In this document: piece after piece, positions 8,778-19,659 of the stretch
Numbering within the stretch: position 1 is the first letter of the stretch
Layout: each line of letters begins with the position of its first letter
From: an uncultured Eubacteriales bacterium
Lineage (GTDB): Bacteria > Bacillota > Clostridia > Monoglobales > CAYZNM01
Reading direction: 5' to 3'
Assembly: GCA_964479875.1 (NCBI GenBank)
Contig: CAYZNM010000010.1
Coordinates: 25,794-89,793 of the forward strand
DNA length: 64,000 nucleotides
Notes under the pieces: model-generated
Database searches by the model: none
Seen by the model: only the letters and a program-made list of their open reading frames with translations
What the model was told of the DNA's origin: nothing
Made by a program: the position numbers and the translations under genes

Positions 8778-10776
8778 GCAGCATCACCTCCGTAACAATA
8801 TCAGCGCCAAAGTTTACAACCTGCATAACCAGTAGGTAGAGCATTGAGAATACAAGCACTGCCACAGCCATAAAGAATAGCGTTAGGAAAATGTTTATCA
8901 CCGATTGCTTGAAGCTGTACTCGTGAATCTCGATAATCGTGAGGAAGATGTTTATTGCGACCCACACGATAACTCCGCCCATTGCGAAGTTTACGAGGAA
9001 GGCTTCGTTGCGCGTCGCGACGTTCGAGAAGAGTATTATGATGGGTAGGATAAATATCGCAGGGGCGAAGGAGTATGCGACGCCGACGTAGATTGTGCGC
9101 AGCGTGCCGTTGCCTTCGTTTATCGCGCTTATGAAGAAGTTGCCTATTATGAACAGTGCGATTATTCCGATGAAGTAGCCTAGGAAGTTTACGACTGAAA
9201 AGTCGTTTTGCCACGCGCTGAAGATGAAGCCGCTGCCTACCTGCTGCAATGCTGCTAAGGCTAGGAGCAGCGCGTAGATGAATGTCGCAGAGGCATACGT
9301 TCCTGTAGTTTTCACCTTTACGTCGTAGGCGTTGTCGTTGGGATGGAACAGCTGGTGCTTTAGACGTGAGATGTCGAAGATGAAGCGGTATTGCAGAAGC
9401 TTCTTCAAGCTGCCCTTGCTTTGGTAGAACTTGAATTTTTTGTTGAGTCGCGACAGAATCTCATACAGAACATAGAATATGCCTATGCCTACGATGATAT
9501 AGCCTAGGTATTTTTGTAGCCAAATGTTGCGTATTTCCCAATACGCGTCGGAGTATGAGCCGCGTGCGTTGGCGATTTTGAAGTGATTAATCGCGCTGTC
9601 GTAGTCGGCTTTTTGCAGATAGTTTTTGCCTGTGTAGTAGTGGGCTAGGAAGGATACGTCGTTTAGGCGCAGCACGTCTTTGAACACCGTGAGGCTTTCG
9701 TCGTAGTTGCCGTCGTTGTAGTCGTTTAAGGCCTTGTGTATGCCTGCCATGAAGGTTGTGGGGCTGAAAACCTGAATGTAGTTTTTCACGCTGTCGAGGA
9801 CGTAGACGTTGCCGTCGTGGTCTGTGCCTAAGCCTGTGGCAAGCTCGAATAATCCGATAGTGTCTGTTTTGTCGGACGAGCCTGCGTATGCACAGATTAG
9901 CACGCCGTCGGCGGTTAGCTCGTATATAGAGCCCCTGTTGTCGAGTACCATCATTCTGCCGTCGACTGATACGCATAGGTCGGCGGGTTCGTTTAGGATT
10001 ATTCGGTTTTCGAGCATGTTAAGACCTGCTATGCTCAGTTTTTTTATTCCGTCGGTGAATTGACCGAGGTTTGTTGTGTAGACAAGTCCGTCCTCTGCGC
10101 GGAGTATGTTGCCGAAGGAGGGAGGTGTGCGGCGGATGAAGCCTGCTTTTTGGCTGTCTGTGAGGAATATGTCGCGGATTCGCTCAAAGAGCGACATCTG
10201 CACGTTGTTCGACGCAAAGTAGCCTAGGAATAAGCCGTTGCCGCTTATAAGCAGTATGCCGGCCGTTGAACCTTCGCTTACGATGTAGACGCCACCGTCG
10301 TCGGTGGGGGCAATCTTTTTCGGGTTATAGCTGCCTTTGCCGAAATTCGGTGAGGTTGGCTTTGTGAAGGTGAATTCAAGCTCGCCGTTTTTGCTGAAGC
10401 GGTAGGCTTCTTTGTTGGCGTAGTCGGCTACGTAGATTCGGCCTTGTGAATCTGCGGCTACGCCTGTTGGCTCGGACAGTATGCCCTCGCCGATTACGGT
10501 TACTTCCTCTGTGTCTTTGTCAAGCACAAGGATTCGTTTGTTGCCTGTGTCGGCGATGTACAGCGTGCTTCCCAGGACGAATAAGTCGCTTGCGTCCTTT
10601 AGGCCTAGGTGCATGTATATGCCGGACGGAACATACGCGTCCTGCGACCTTTCATAGTTGCGGTTGATTGTTTCAAAGTAGGTGTAGCTTGTGGACATAC
10701 AGCTTGCTGCGGTTTGCAGCATGAGCAGCATTGTTGCGGCGATTGCCGCAAGCTTGATGAATAATCTTTTTCTCAT
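8764..10776 (-). CDS. NHL beta-propeller + TPR + Yip1-domain membrane protein
   Basis: LYIADTGNKRI and PTGVAADSQGRIYVAD NHL repeats, TPR-like helices, multi-TM C-terminus. Confidence 0.8.
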   Translation of the reverse strand: MRKRLFIKLAAIAATMLLMLQTAASCMSTSYTYFETINRNYERSQDAYVPSGIYMHLGLKDASDLFVLGSTLYIADTGNKRILVLDKDTEEVTVIGEGILSEPTGVAADSQGRIYVADYANKEAYRFSKNGELEFTFTKPTSPNFGKGSYNPKKIAPTDDGGVYIVSEGSTAGILLISGNGLFLGYFASNNVQMSLFERIRDIFLTDSQKAGFIRRTPPSFGNILRAEDGLVYTTNLGQFTDGIKKLSIAGLNMLENRIILNEPADLCVSVDGRMMVLDNRGSIYELTADGVLICAYAGSSDKTDTIGLFELATGLGTDHDGNVYVLDSVKNYIQVFSPTTFMAGIHKALNDYNDGNYDESLTVFKDVLRLNDVSFLAHYYTGKNYLQKADYDSAINHFKIANARGSYSDAYWEIRNIWLQKYLGYIIVGIGIFYVLYEILSRLNKKFKFYQSKGSLKKLLQYRFIFDISRLKHQLFHPNDNAYDVKVKTTGTYASATFIYALLLALAALQQVGSGFIFSAWQNDFSVVNFLGYFIGIIALFIIGNFFISAINEGNGTLRTIYVGVAYSFAPAIFILPIIILFSNVATRNEAFLVNFAMGGVIVWVAINIFLTIIEIHEYSFKQSVINIFLTLFFMAVAVLVFSMLYLLVMQVVNFGADIVTEVMLRVRT

Positions 10777-10784
10777 ATGCGCTC

Positions 10785-11660
10785 CTATTTAATACCCGAA
10801 TGAGCCATTGTGTTTATAACCTTGCTTTGCATCGCTAAAAAGATGATGAAGTTTGGTATAAACAAAATCAATGAGCTTGCGGCGGATATTCCTGCTGCGG
10901 CAACGTTGTTGCCTGCGGCGGTTGATATGAGAGTGATATAATAGGCGAAGGTTTTATTGTGTTCGACGTTTACGTAGTAGGTTGCGGCCTCCGCTGTATT
11001 CCATGATGTTTGGAATGAGATTATCGCGACTGTTGCTATTGCCGGCATTATTACAGGAGTGACAATGCGCCATAGGATGTAGAAGTCGTTTGCGCCGTCG
11101 ATTCGCGCGGCTTCGATTAAGGCGTCCGGCACTTGGTCCATATATTGCTTTATAAGGAACAGTCCGATTGGCATTGCTACCATCGGCAGTATCAGTATCG
11201 CGAAGCTGTCGAGTAAGCCGAGCTTTTCCACGATGAGGTATCGCGGGATACGTACAACTACAGGTACGAACATAAGTGCGGCTGTGTTTATCGCGAACAG
11301 CGCCGCCTTTGCCTTAAACCTTTTCTTTGAAAGAGCGAACGAGCCCGAAACCGAAAGGAATATTGTAGCTATAACAATAACCAGTGAGCTTGCTAAGCTG
11401 TTGAACATGTATCGAGAAAAGGGAACGGATACATTGTTGAACATATAGTTGAGTTCGCGGAAATTATCCCACGTCGGACGTCGCACTAGAAATCGCGGAG
11501 GGAATGCGAACAACTCATCCATAGGCTTTAACGCTGTTGAAAAGATGTAGACAATCGGCAGAGCCATGAATACGGCGAGGGGCAGCAGTACGATGTAGAA
11601 GGGGATTTGGCTTTTGCTGTAGCGTGTGGGGTTGATTTTGCTTCCTTGAAATTTACTCAT
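10785..11660 (-). CDS. Carbohydrate ABC transporter permease (MalG-like)
   Basis: LIEAARIDGAN; start MSKFQG with GGAGG RBS. Confidence 0.92.
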   Translation of the reverse strand: MSKFQGSKINPTRYSKSQIPFYIVLLPLAVFMALPIVYIFSTALKPMDELFAFPPRFLVRRPTWDNFRELNYMFNNVSVPFSRYMFNSLASSLVIVIATIFLSVSGSFALSKKRFKAKAALFAINTAALMFVPVVVRIPRYLIVEKLGLLDSFAILILPMVAMPIGLFLIKQYMDQVPDALIEAARIDGANDFYILWRIVTPVIMPAIATVAIISFQTSWNTAEAATYYVNVEHNKTFAYYITLISTAAGNNVAAAGISAASSLILFIPNFIIFLAMQSKVINTMAHSGIK

Positions 11661-11673
11661 GCCATAACCTCCC

Positions 11674-12630
11674 TTAATCTTTGTTGGCAAACAGCTTGTT
11701 TGCGACTTTTGAAAAGACGAATATCATTAGAAGCAGTATTACTGCAAGGGCGGTTGCCGTGCCCATGTCGTAGCGGAGAAGTCCGTAGTCCTCGATGTGA
11801 TTTACGACGAGCTGCCCTGCGTTAAGCGGAGTCGGGTTTGTTCCGGAGAGGTCTACGCCTATTTGCCCTGCGTTAAATGTGCCTACGATTGCCATAACTG
11901 CGCCGAAAAGCATTTGCGGCTTCATCGACGGAATCGTGATGTAGAAGGTTTCTTGGAAGCGATTCTTTATTCCGTCGACATATCCTGCTTCGTAAATCTC
12001 TTGGTCGATGTTTAGGATTCCGCCTAGCATCGCGAGGAAGCCTATGCCCATCGACGACCAAAGGGTCACGAATATCATTATCGGCATCAGTGTTTCAGGC
12101 GATTGCAGGAAGGCTATCGGCTTTTCGATAAAGCCGTTGAGGAGCAGAAAGCTGTTGAGGTAGCCTACTCTGTCGCCGGAGAAGACTACCCTCCATATAA
12201 CGGTCATGGTTACGCCTGCTGTCATGGATGGAGAATAGAATACCAGGGCGAGCACCATGCGTATGCCCTTGGGCACTTGCGCTAATGCCCACGCTAGGAG
12301 GTATTGCAGCGCGTAGCTTCCGGGGCCTACGATAAGTGAGAATTGCAACGTGTTCGGCAGCACCTTTTGCATGAATACCGTGTCTTGCGTCAGTATGTCG
12401 ATGTAGTTTTTGACGCCATTGAATACAGGCGGCTGCACCGTGTTGAAGTAGGTGAAGGAGAGGACTACAGCCATGATTACAGGGGCTAGTATGAATGTGC
12501 AGAACAGCAGGCCGTATGGGAAAAGCAGCAGCGGGATGTTGAAGTCGAACTTGGATTTAAGCTTTTGCTTTTGCAGAGGCTTTGCTTTGATAGGGGCGGA
12601 TTGCCTTGGCTTGGTTAATGTGTCGTTCAT
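11674..12630 (-). CDS. Carbohydrate ABC transporter permease (MalF-like)
   Basis: [16 protein letters not shown]; ATGA overlap with upstream gene. Confidence 0.92.
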   Translation of the reverse strand: MNDTLTKPRQSAPIKAKPLQKQKLKSKFDFNIPLLLFPYGLLFCTFILAPVIMAVVLSFTYFNTVQPPVFNGVKNYIDILTQDTVFMQKVLPNTLQFSLIVGPGSYALQYLLAWALAQVPKGIRMVLALVFYSPSMTAGVTMTVIWRVVFSGDRVGYLNSFLLLNGFIEKPIAFLQSPETLMPIMIFVTLWSSMGIGFLAMLGGILNIDQEIYEAGYVDGIKNRFQETFYITIPSMKPQMLFGAVMAIVGTFNAGQIGVDLSGTNPTPLNAGQLVVNHIEDYGLLRYDMGTATALAVILLLMIFVFSKVANKLFANKD

Positions 12631-15491
12631 TCCAGTCCCTCCTTCCATCTGTCGATTTTTTCGGCGGTTGCCATTTCAAAGGGGCGTAGCAGGTTGCCTT
12701 CGTCGTCGATGTAGCGGAATTCGCGCAGCTTTTTGGCGATTTCGCGATTGCTTAAGAGTATTGCTTTGTCGGTTGCTTCACGCAGGGGGATTCCGTTTAG
12801 CACTACCGACGACCATATGTTTGAGATTTCTCTTTCAACTGAGAAGTAGGCGGGGTTTCGCGGAATCTCCATTGCGTGGGAGAATTGCTCCAGCACGACT
12901 TCTTTGTGCGTGCGAGGCATTGCCGTTGCTTGGGAGAAGGAATCGATGTTGGCAGAAAGCCAGATGTATTGCGGGCCGAAGCTTATTCGTAGGTTTTGTG
13001 CGTATTTTGTTTGAGTGTCTGTGCTTACCCACCACTTCATAAATTCCCACGCGTTGTCCGGATTTTCGGCGGAACTTGGCATGAATACGCAGCTTCCGAC
13101 TGTGGGCTGATAGCGCACGACTTCGCCGTTTTCCTGCTTCATGCCTACCAGCGGCGCGATGTCCCATAAGCCTGCGAGCTCGGGGGAGGCGTAGCGTATG
13201 AGCAGGTATGTGTTGAAGTCGCCTACGCCGATTGGTGTGCGTCCGTTTCTGAAGCCTGCGTAGAAGTTTGGGATTTCGGTCGGCATATTGTAGCGGACGA
13301 ATAAGTCGGTCATTAGCTTTAATGCCTTCATGGTTTTTGGGTCGCCCAGCTCGACGCGAGTGCCATCTTCGGAATATAAGCTGCCGCCGAATTGCTGAAT
13401 AATCGGCGCGGTTACGCCGAGGTGCTTTGTTCCTGCTACGGAGGATATGCTCGTGTTAAAGTTCATGCCGTAGCGTGATAGCGCGGGCAGCATCGATATA
13501 ACGTCGTCCCATGTATCGGGTACGTTCAATTCCAGTGCTTCCAGTATGTCCTTGCGGTAGAAAAGCACTGTCATGTTCAAGGTTTCGGGCAGTGCGTACA
13601 CTCCGTCGTCGAGTACGAAGGGGACGAAGAAGTCGGAGTCGAATTGCTTTGCCACTTCGGGGAAATCGTCAAACTGCCGCAAGTCTGTCATAGCTCCGCG
13701 CAGTGCGAAGTCGAAGGGGCGATAGTTTGTACCGCCGAGTAAAACATCGGGGCCGTTGTTTGCAGCCATTGCAAGCAGCAGCCGCTGCTCGTCAGGCATT
13801 GCGCTTATGTTTACTTCTATATCCGTATTTGGAGTGAAGTCAGCTTCAATCAAGGATTGCAGCGTTTCAATGTGCGACAGCGAGCGCGCAACCCATACGT
13901 TCAGCTTATCCTTTTCCTTCGTTTCTTCCATCGTAATAGGGTTGGTGAAGGATACGATAAACTTTTGCAATTCCATATATGCGGATTCGAGGAAGCCGAG
14001 CTTTGGTTCGGGGATGTCGTAATCCGCACCCGAAACGTATATGCAATCGACGTTCATTATCTGCTCAAGGACGTTCGGGATCGAAAGCAGGGCGGATAAG
14101 TCGTTGAGCTGGTCAACGTTGTTCACGAGGGTGTCTGTCTTTTCGGCGAAGCTGCGAAGCTGCCGCTCTGCCGATTTAAGCGACGCGAAGAAGGAGCATT
14201 GCCTGCCCGCCATTGCGTAAAGCTGCTCGTAGCATTCGTTAACTGTGTCGGCGATACCGTTTAAGTCTTGCACTAAATTGGGGAGGTATTCTGTTATGCC
14301 CCAGTCGCGGTATTTGTCGACTTTGTTGCCTGTGATGATTTTTATTTCGAGGGCGATGTTTGTGAGCTGCTCTGTAAGCTCGAGCAAGGTTTCGTTTATT
14401 TCAAAGATTGGGTCGGCGGTGGATTCTAAGGTGATGGTGTGCTTTCCTTTTGTTAGGAATATTCCGGCTTTTTCGCCGTTCGCCGATAAGGTTTCGTTAG
14501 CAGGTGCGTCGCCTGTGTGGTGGAAGTAGTAGCCTTGCAGTTCGGCAAAGGGTGTGCCGCCGTCGATGTAGACATTTTTGAATGCAGGGAAGCCGTATTT
14601 TTCACCCTGCTGATACTTGACGGTGATGTAGTATATGCCGTCGGACGGAACCTCGAAGTCGTAGCCGATGTAGTCGCCGGGGGCATACCAACTATAGCTC
14701 GAGCTGTTGATGTATCGCCACACCGGGTCGTAGGGCGAATAGTTGTAGTTGTCCATGCGTCCCCCGGTTATGTAGGATTGTGACCTTACCGCCATGTTCT
14801 CGGCTTCGATCGTTAAGGAATAATCGGGCGAGTTTGCGCTGTTTTGACTTTTGTAATCGGTGTAGGAAGGGATTGCAGGGTCGGTGTGAATTGTTATGTC
14901 GCCGAACAATGCAGCTACGTTGTAGGTGTTGATGTTGACGCGGTTTATACCTTTTTCAAAGTAAAATTTTATGCCGCCGTTTAGGTTGTACTGCGTGTGA
15001 TTGAAGGCTTGCGTTTTCCAATTGAACACGCGCAACGGCGTTGGGGATACCTGTCCGCGGAAGGAGTCGAAGCGTACTTCCTCATCGGCCTGCGTCCAGT
15101 CGGTGTATAGGTAAATGCTGCGGTTTTCGTAGATTTGGTATTCGCCGTTGATTTTTACGCCTATCTCGAAGTTTTCGAGGTTTACCGAGGGGACGTAGTA
15201 GTCGGCGGAAATGCTGTAGTATCCGGCATTGGGAATGTCTACGTCGAAGTAAAATTCGCCGTAGGAATCAAGCAGCTTGACAGGCTTGCCGTAGTCGTAG
15301 TCCTCTTTGGAATCCGAGAGATTTTCAACTGCGATAAAGTTATCTGCTGAGATTGATTGGCTGTAGTATTCGCTGTAAGGTTTAAGCTCCTTCTTGATGT
15401 GAAGGTATTTTTTTGGCTGCGCATTTGCTGCCGAGGTCAGTACGATGACTGCCAGCAGTGCCGCGCTTATAATGCGCGTTATTTTATACAT
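12627..15491 (-). CDS. Large (954 aa) extracellular solute-binding protein with N-terminal CBM-like beta domains
   Basis: Signal peptide; two beta-sandwich-like segments ([17 protein letters not shown]); C-terminal sugar-binding domain GPDV...YALPET...LFYRKD...PDTWDD. Confidence 0.85.
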   Translation of the reverse strand: MYKITRIISAALLAVIVLTSAANAQPKKYLHIKKELKPYSEYYSQSISADNFIAVENLSDSKEDYDYGKPVKLLDSYGEFYFDVDIPNAGYYSISADYYVPSVNLENFEIGVKINGEYQIYENRSIYLYTDWTQADEEVRFDSFRGQVSPTPLRVFNWKTQAFNHTQYNLNGGIKFYFEKGINRVNINTYNVAALFGDITIHTDPAIPSYTDYKSQNSANSPDYSLTIEAENMAVRSQSYITGGRMDNYNYSPYDPVWRYINSSSYSWYAPGDYIGYDFEVPSDGIYYITVKYQQGEKYGFPAFKNVYIDGGTPFAELQGYYFHHTGDAPANETLSANGEKAGIFLTKGKHTITLESTADPIFEINETLLELTEQLTNIALEIKIITGNKVDKYRDWGITEYLPNLVQDLNGIADTVNECYEQLYAMAGRQCSFFASLKSAERQLRSFAEKTDTLVNNVDQLNDLSALLSIPNVLEQIMNVDCIYVSGADYDIPEPKLGFLESAYMELQKFIVSFTNPITMEETKEKDKLNVWVARSLSHIETLQSLIEADFTPNTDIEVNISAMPDEQRLLLAMAANNGPDVLLGGTNYRPFDFALRGAMTDLRQFDDFPEVAKQFDSDFFVPFVLDDGVYALPETLNMTVLFYRKDILEALELNVPDTWDDVISMLPALSRYGMNFNTSISSVAGTKHLGVTAPIIQQFGGSLYSEDGTRVELGDPKTMKALKLMTDLFVRYNMPTEIPNFYAGFRNGRTPIGVGDFNTYLLIRYASPELAGLWDIAPLVGMKQENGEVVRYQPTVGSCVFMPSSAENPDNAWEFMKWWVSTDTQTKYAQNLRISFGPQYIWLSANIDSFSQATAMPRTHKEVVLEQFSHAMEIPRNPAYFSVEREISNIWSSVVLNGIPLREATDKAILLSNREIAKKLREFRYIDDEGNLLRPFEMATAEKIDRWKEGLE

Positions 15492-15509
15492 AAAACCCCC
15501 AAAACGCAG

Positions 15510-15535
15510 CGGGCGGACATAAAATCCGCCCCTAC
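15510..15535 (-). repeat. GTAG-type REP hairpin between the two binding-protein genes
   Basis: GTAGGGGCGGATTTTATGTCCGCCCG on minus strand. Confidence 0.65.
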
Positions 15536-15549
15536 GATTATTAATACGA

Positions 15550-17127
15550 TTATTCGCCGCGGATTGCTTTGAATACGTTGTCGGTGTATTCGTTTGCTAA
15601 GCGTTCGAGTTCAGGTCCTACGTCTGCTGCGGATTTTTGTCCTTGGTAGATTTGCTCCTTGATACCTTTGTCGATTATGCCGTAGTATGCTCCGTTGAAG
15701 CCGGGTACTACTTTGTAGCCGTCGAGGTATGCGTCGCTTAGCAGTGCGTCGATTACTCTGTTGAATGTGGGGTCTAGGTTGTTTACTTTAATCATTGTGT
15801 CAAATGCTGCGCGGTCTGTTGTCGCAGGTAAGTGACCTACTGATAAGGTTTCGGGGATTCTGCCCGGTTCGATGTCAGGATATTTTGCCATCATTGATTC
15901 TTGGTCGTATTTTTCGGCGATGTCAACCAGGTCAGAATAGCCTTCTGCTGAAGCCATGTATTTGATGAACTCAAATGCAGCGTCGGGAGCTTTGCATGTG
16001 GAGCTTATTGCCATAGCGTCTACAACTAAGCCTGCACGTTTTGCCATACCTTTTTCGCCTACGGGTGTTGCGTAGAACTCATATTCCCAGCCGCCGAATG
16101 ATTCGGACTTAGCAAAGTTCATGCCCCATGAGAAGTCTGCAACTGTGGCAAAGCCGCCTTGGTTGAAGAATGCTGTCCAGTCTGATGTGCCTACTTTGTC
16201 GATTTTCGCTTGATCCCATGCTGCTTGTGCGGCATCTCTGTCGGCTGTGCCTTCGTCGTATGTCCACGGTGTTTCTAAACCAAATTCAAGGGAGTCCCAT
16301 GTGAGTTTTTTGTCGATTAGTTTCTTCGTATAGTTAACAGCGTATTCCCAGTTGCTGTCTAATTGGTATTTTTGTGTGGAAGGATTCCATGCCGCCCAGC
16401 TTATTTCCGGATTTTTCATAGCAGGAGCATGTTGCAGCCAGCTCATAGCTTCGCTTAAGCCTAGGTTTTGTCCTGATGTAGCTTTTTCTGCGATTGTCAT
16501 GAGGTCGTCAAGTGTCCAATCTGGGTCGGGCATTGGGATATTCATTTGATTCAGCAGCGTTTTGTTTACGATAACATAACGTGTGAAGAGGAATACGGGC
16601 ATCATGAATACGTCGTTGTCGAATGTGCAGCCTTCGATTGCTGCTTTGTTGATTTGCATTTGCGGATTTGCGTCGAGGTAGGGCTTTAAGTTTGTGTACC
16701 ACTTATTTTGCAGCGTCATGTCAACGTTTGCAACCATGAATATATCGGGGAAATTGCCGCTTGCTACGCGTTCAAGCAGGCTGCCTTCGCCGTACCAGCC
16801 GCCGAAATCGTCAACTACCATTTCGATGTTGGGGTTTTTCGCGTTGAAGCGTTCTGCTACTTCGTATTGTTCTACGATGTTTTGCCATGTTGCGAAGGTG
16901 ATTTTAACCTTTTCGCCTGTGTAGGATGTGCCGCTTGCGTCTGCTGTGTCGGTTGTTTCTGTTGTTGTGTCGGTCGTTGTGTCAGTTGTTGTTGTGTCGG
17001 TTTTTGCAGGTGCAGGTGTGCTGCTGCTGCCGCTGTCGCTTTTGCTTGTGTCAGAGCCGCAGGCCGATACGCTCACCAATAGGAATATTGCTAGTAATAA
17101 TGATGTGATTCTCTTAAACTTAAACAT
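15550..17127 (-). CDS. Sugar ABC substrate-binding lipoprotein
   Basis: Lipobox VSAC, Thr/Ser-rich linker, FPDIF and PDWTLDD motifs. Confidence 0.9.
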   Translation of the reverse strand: MFKFKRITSLLLAIFLLVSVSACGSDTSKSDSGSSSTPAPAKTDTTTTDTTTDTTTETTDTADASGTSYTGEKVKITFATWQNIVEQYEVAERFNAKNPNIEMVVDDFGGWYGEGSLLERVASGNFPDIFMVANVDMTLQNKWYTNLKPYLDANPQMQINKAAIEGCTFDNDVFMMPVFLFTRYVIVNKTLLNQMNIPMPDPDWTLDDLMTIAEKATSGQNLGLSEAMSWLQHAPAMKNPEISWAAWNPSTQKYQLDSNWEYAVNYTKKLIDKKLTWDSLEFGLETPWTYDEGTADRDAAQAAWDQAKIDKVGTSDWTAFFNQGGFATVADFSWGMNFAKSESFGGWEYEFYATPVGEKGMAKRAGLVVDAMAISSTCKAPDAAFEFIKYMASAEGYSDLVDIAEKYDQESMMAKYPDIEPGRIPETLSVGHLPATTDRAAFDTMIKVNNLDPTFNRVIDALLSDAYLDGYKVVPGFNGAYYGIIDKGIKEQIYQGQKSAADVGPELERLANEYTDNVFKAIRGE

Positions 17128-17159
17128 ACGCTTAATAACCTCCTAATTTAATATAAATT

Positions 17160-19526
17160 TTAACCTAATATAACTTTAATTTCATGCTCGCCGCTTATAA
17201 TTGGAATTAAGTTGCCGGAGGCGAGATTGCCGTCGATGTACACCTCCTTAACGCCGCGCGATACCTTGTTCGGATTTTCTACCTTTATATTGAATTTGCC
17301 GCCGCGGAAATTGCGTGTTACGGTGAATCCGTCCCAATCCTTTGGGATTAGGGGGTCTATCAGCAATCCGTCGTGCGTCGGGCGTATGCCTAAAATCCAG
17401 TGGGTCGCCATGCGGTGCAGCCATTGCGCCGAGCCTGTGTACCACGTCCAGCCGCCGCGTCCGTATAACGGAGATACGGGACCGTCTGTATTTCCGGGAG
17501 TTACATAAGGCTCTGCGAAGTATTTGTCGATGTCGCTTGAACGATTCGGCGGACAAATTCGCGTGAACGCTTTGTATGCATTTTCTGCGTCGCCCATTAG
17601 TGCGTATGCCCAAATTGACCATGTTGCCGCGTGGGTGTACACACCGCCGTTTTCGCGCAAGCCCGGGGTGTAGCGTGTGATGTAGCCTATATCGGTGCGC
17701 ACTTTTGTGTACGCGGGATATAACAAGATTGTGCCGTAGTCGCGGAGTAGATGTTTGGTTACGGAGTCCATGCACTGCTTTGCGCGTTCGCCTTCGGCTA
17801 TGCCGCTCATTACTGCCCAAATTTGCGGATTGAGGAAGATTTTGCCTTCTTCGTTTTCGGCAGAGCCTACTTTTTCGCCGTCGTCGGTTGTGGCTTGCAG
17901 ATACCATTCGCCGTCCCAGCCGTGCTTGTTCATGGCTTCCTTCATGTTTGCCATGACTACGCGGCATTTTTCGGCGAATGCTTTGTCGCCGCGCCTTTCG
18001 GCCAATGGGATAAAACCTTCGAGCGTCATGTATAGGAATTCGGCAACCCAGAAGCTTTCGCCCCTCCACTCGTTGCCGATTGCGGAAAGTCCGTCGTTCC
18101 AGTCGTGGTCGCCCATTAATGGAATGCCGCGCGGCGAGAATCGCGTGAATGTGCGTTCGATTGCGCGCTTGCAGTGGTCGTAGATGTCGCCTTCGCCGCC
18201 GTTTGCGTAGGGTACGATTTCGTCGAGTATTGCGTAGTCGCCTGTTTCAATTAGGTAGCTGTCGAGGATAAACGGAAGCCACAGCAGGTCGTCGCTGCAT
18301 TTTGTGCGAGGACCGCCGCCGCGGATTGTGAACCACCAATGGTATACGTCCCCTTCGGCGAATTGCTGTGCGGCGTGCATAAGTAATTGCTTTTTCGCAA
18401 GCTCCGGCGCGCATTCAAGGAAGATTTGGCAGTCTTGAAGTTGGTCGCGGTAGCCGTAGCCTGCGCTAACTTGGTAGTACGCCGACTTACCCCATAGCCG
18501 GCCGGAAATTGCTTGATATTTGAGCCATGTATTTGTCATAAAGTTGAGTGCGTCATCGGGGGTTTGGACGCGCTCAGCGTCGATAAGCTTAGACCAAAAT
18601 TCGCCTACTTTTGCGAATTGCGCAGCGCAGGCTTCGGGCGAGGTGTGCGCTGCGATTAATTCGTCCGCGTCCTCCATTCCATGTTCCGCTGCACCTATGG
18701 TGAATACTACGGTTTTGCACTCGTTTGCGGCGAGGGTTAACTCTGTTTGTAATGAAGCGCACGCGTCTCCGAAGCGACCGAAGGAGTTGTCGAGTTTTGC
18801 TTGAGATAATCCCAGCGGCTCTTTCTCACTCCCGTACATACCTACAAAGCTTTCCTTGTCGCAGGTGAAGGATTTAAGTGGAAGCGAGCAAGCGTGGAAC
18901 GCAGTGTACGGCCAACTTACATTGTTGTGCCGACCCTTTTCGTCGGCGAAGCTCCACAGGCATTTGTCGGCGTAAACAGCGTTGTCTTTTTGCTTTGTTT
19001 CGATGAACAGCTTGTGAAATTCGCGATGTTCGTCTGGAGCGAATCCGAGAATCCACTCGAAATATGTCGTAATGTCAAGCTTGCGTGTGTCCGCGCCGAG
19101 ATTGGTAAGCTTTAGGCTTATGTATTCGACAGGTGCGTCAGGCGCGATAAACACGCACATTTCTGATTTAATGCCGTGTGCGATTTGCTCAAAGATTGTG
19201 TAGCCTATTCCTTGGCGCACATTGTAGCTGTCGTATTCGGCTTCAATCGGCTTCCACGCTGCCGACCATAGCTTGCCGCTGTCTACGTCGCGGATGTACA
19301 CGTATTTCCCCCAATTGTCCTTGATTAAGTCTTGGAAGGCGCGTGTTATGCGATTTTGTCCTGCGTTGCCGCGCCACGAGTATCCGCCGCCTGTTTGCGA
19401 CACCATCATGCTGTAGTCGCCGTTTGATATAACGTTACACCACGGCTTGGGCGTGCGTGGATTTTCGATGACGTATTCGCGTCCATCGTCGGTGAAGTGG
19501 CCGTATTTGCTTTGGAATTTTGCCAT
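17160..19526 (-). CDS. GH94 glycoside phosphorylase
   Basis: YGHFTDDGREYVI, TPKPWCN, GYGYRDQLQD, DWNDGL catalytic motif, ENGGVYTHA, WYTGSAQW. Confidence 0.93.
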   Translation of the reverse strand: MAKFQSKYGHFTDDGREYVIENPRTPKPWCNVISNGDYSMMVSQTGGGYSWRGNAGQNRITRAFQDLIKDNWGKYVYIRDVDSGKLWSAAWKPIEAEYDSYNVRQGIGYTIFEQIAHGIKSEMCVFIAPDAPVEYISLKLTNLGADTRKLDITTYFEWILGFAPDEHREFHKLFIETKQKDNAVYADKCLWSFADEKGRHNNVSWPYTAFHACSLPLKSFTCDKESFVGMYGSEKEPLGLSQAKLDNSFGRFGDACASLQTELTLAANECKTVVFTIGAAEHGMEDADELIAAHTSPEACAAQFAKVGEFWSKLIDAERVQTPDDALNFMTNTWLKYQAISGRLWGKSAYYQVSAGYGYRDQLQDCQIFLECAPELAKKQLLMHAAQQFAEGDVYHWWFTIRGGGPRTKCSDDLLWLPFILDSYLIETGDYAILDEIVPYANGGEGDIYDHCKRAIERTFTRFSPRGIPLMGDHDWNDGLSAIGNEWRGESFWVAEFLYMTLEGFIPLAERRGDKAFAEKCRVVMANMKEAMNKHGWDGEWYLQATTDDGEKVGSAENEEGKIFLNPQIWAVMSGIAEGERAKQCMDSVTKHLLRDYGTILLYPAYTKVRTDIGYITRYTPGLRENGGVYTHAATWSIWAYALMGDAENAYKAFTRICPPNRSSDIDKYFAEPYVTPGNTDGPVSPLYGRGGWTWYTGSAQWLHRMATHWILGIRPTHDGLLIDPLIPKDWDGFTVTRNFRGGKFNIKVENPNKVSRGVKEVYIDGNLASGNLIPIISGEHEIKVILG

Positions 19527-19560
19527 AATACCTCCTTTTGTTGTGTGCTGCGTTTTTATA

Positions 19561-19635
19561 TAGTCAAATACGTTTCAATCAATTACAACAGAAGTCCTAC
19601 AAATGCCGATAGAATCAAGGAAACGTATTTGACTA
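19561..19635. mobile_element. 75-bp MITE-like element, copy 1
   Basis: Perfect 16-bp terminal inverted repeat TAGTCAAATACGTTTC/GAAACGTATTTGACTA; 61/75 identical to 38554-38628. Confidence 0.6.
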
Positions 19636-19659
19636 GCAGTTCGTTTTAAAGTTATGCAA

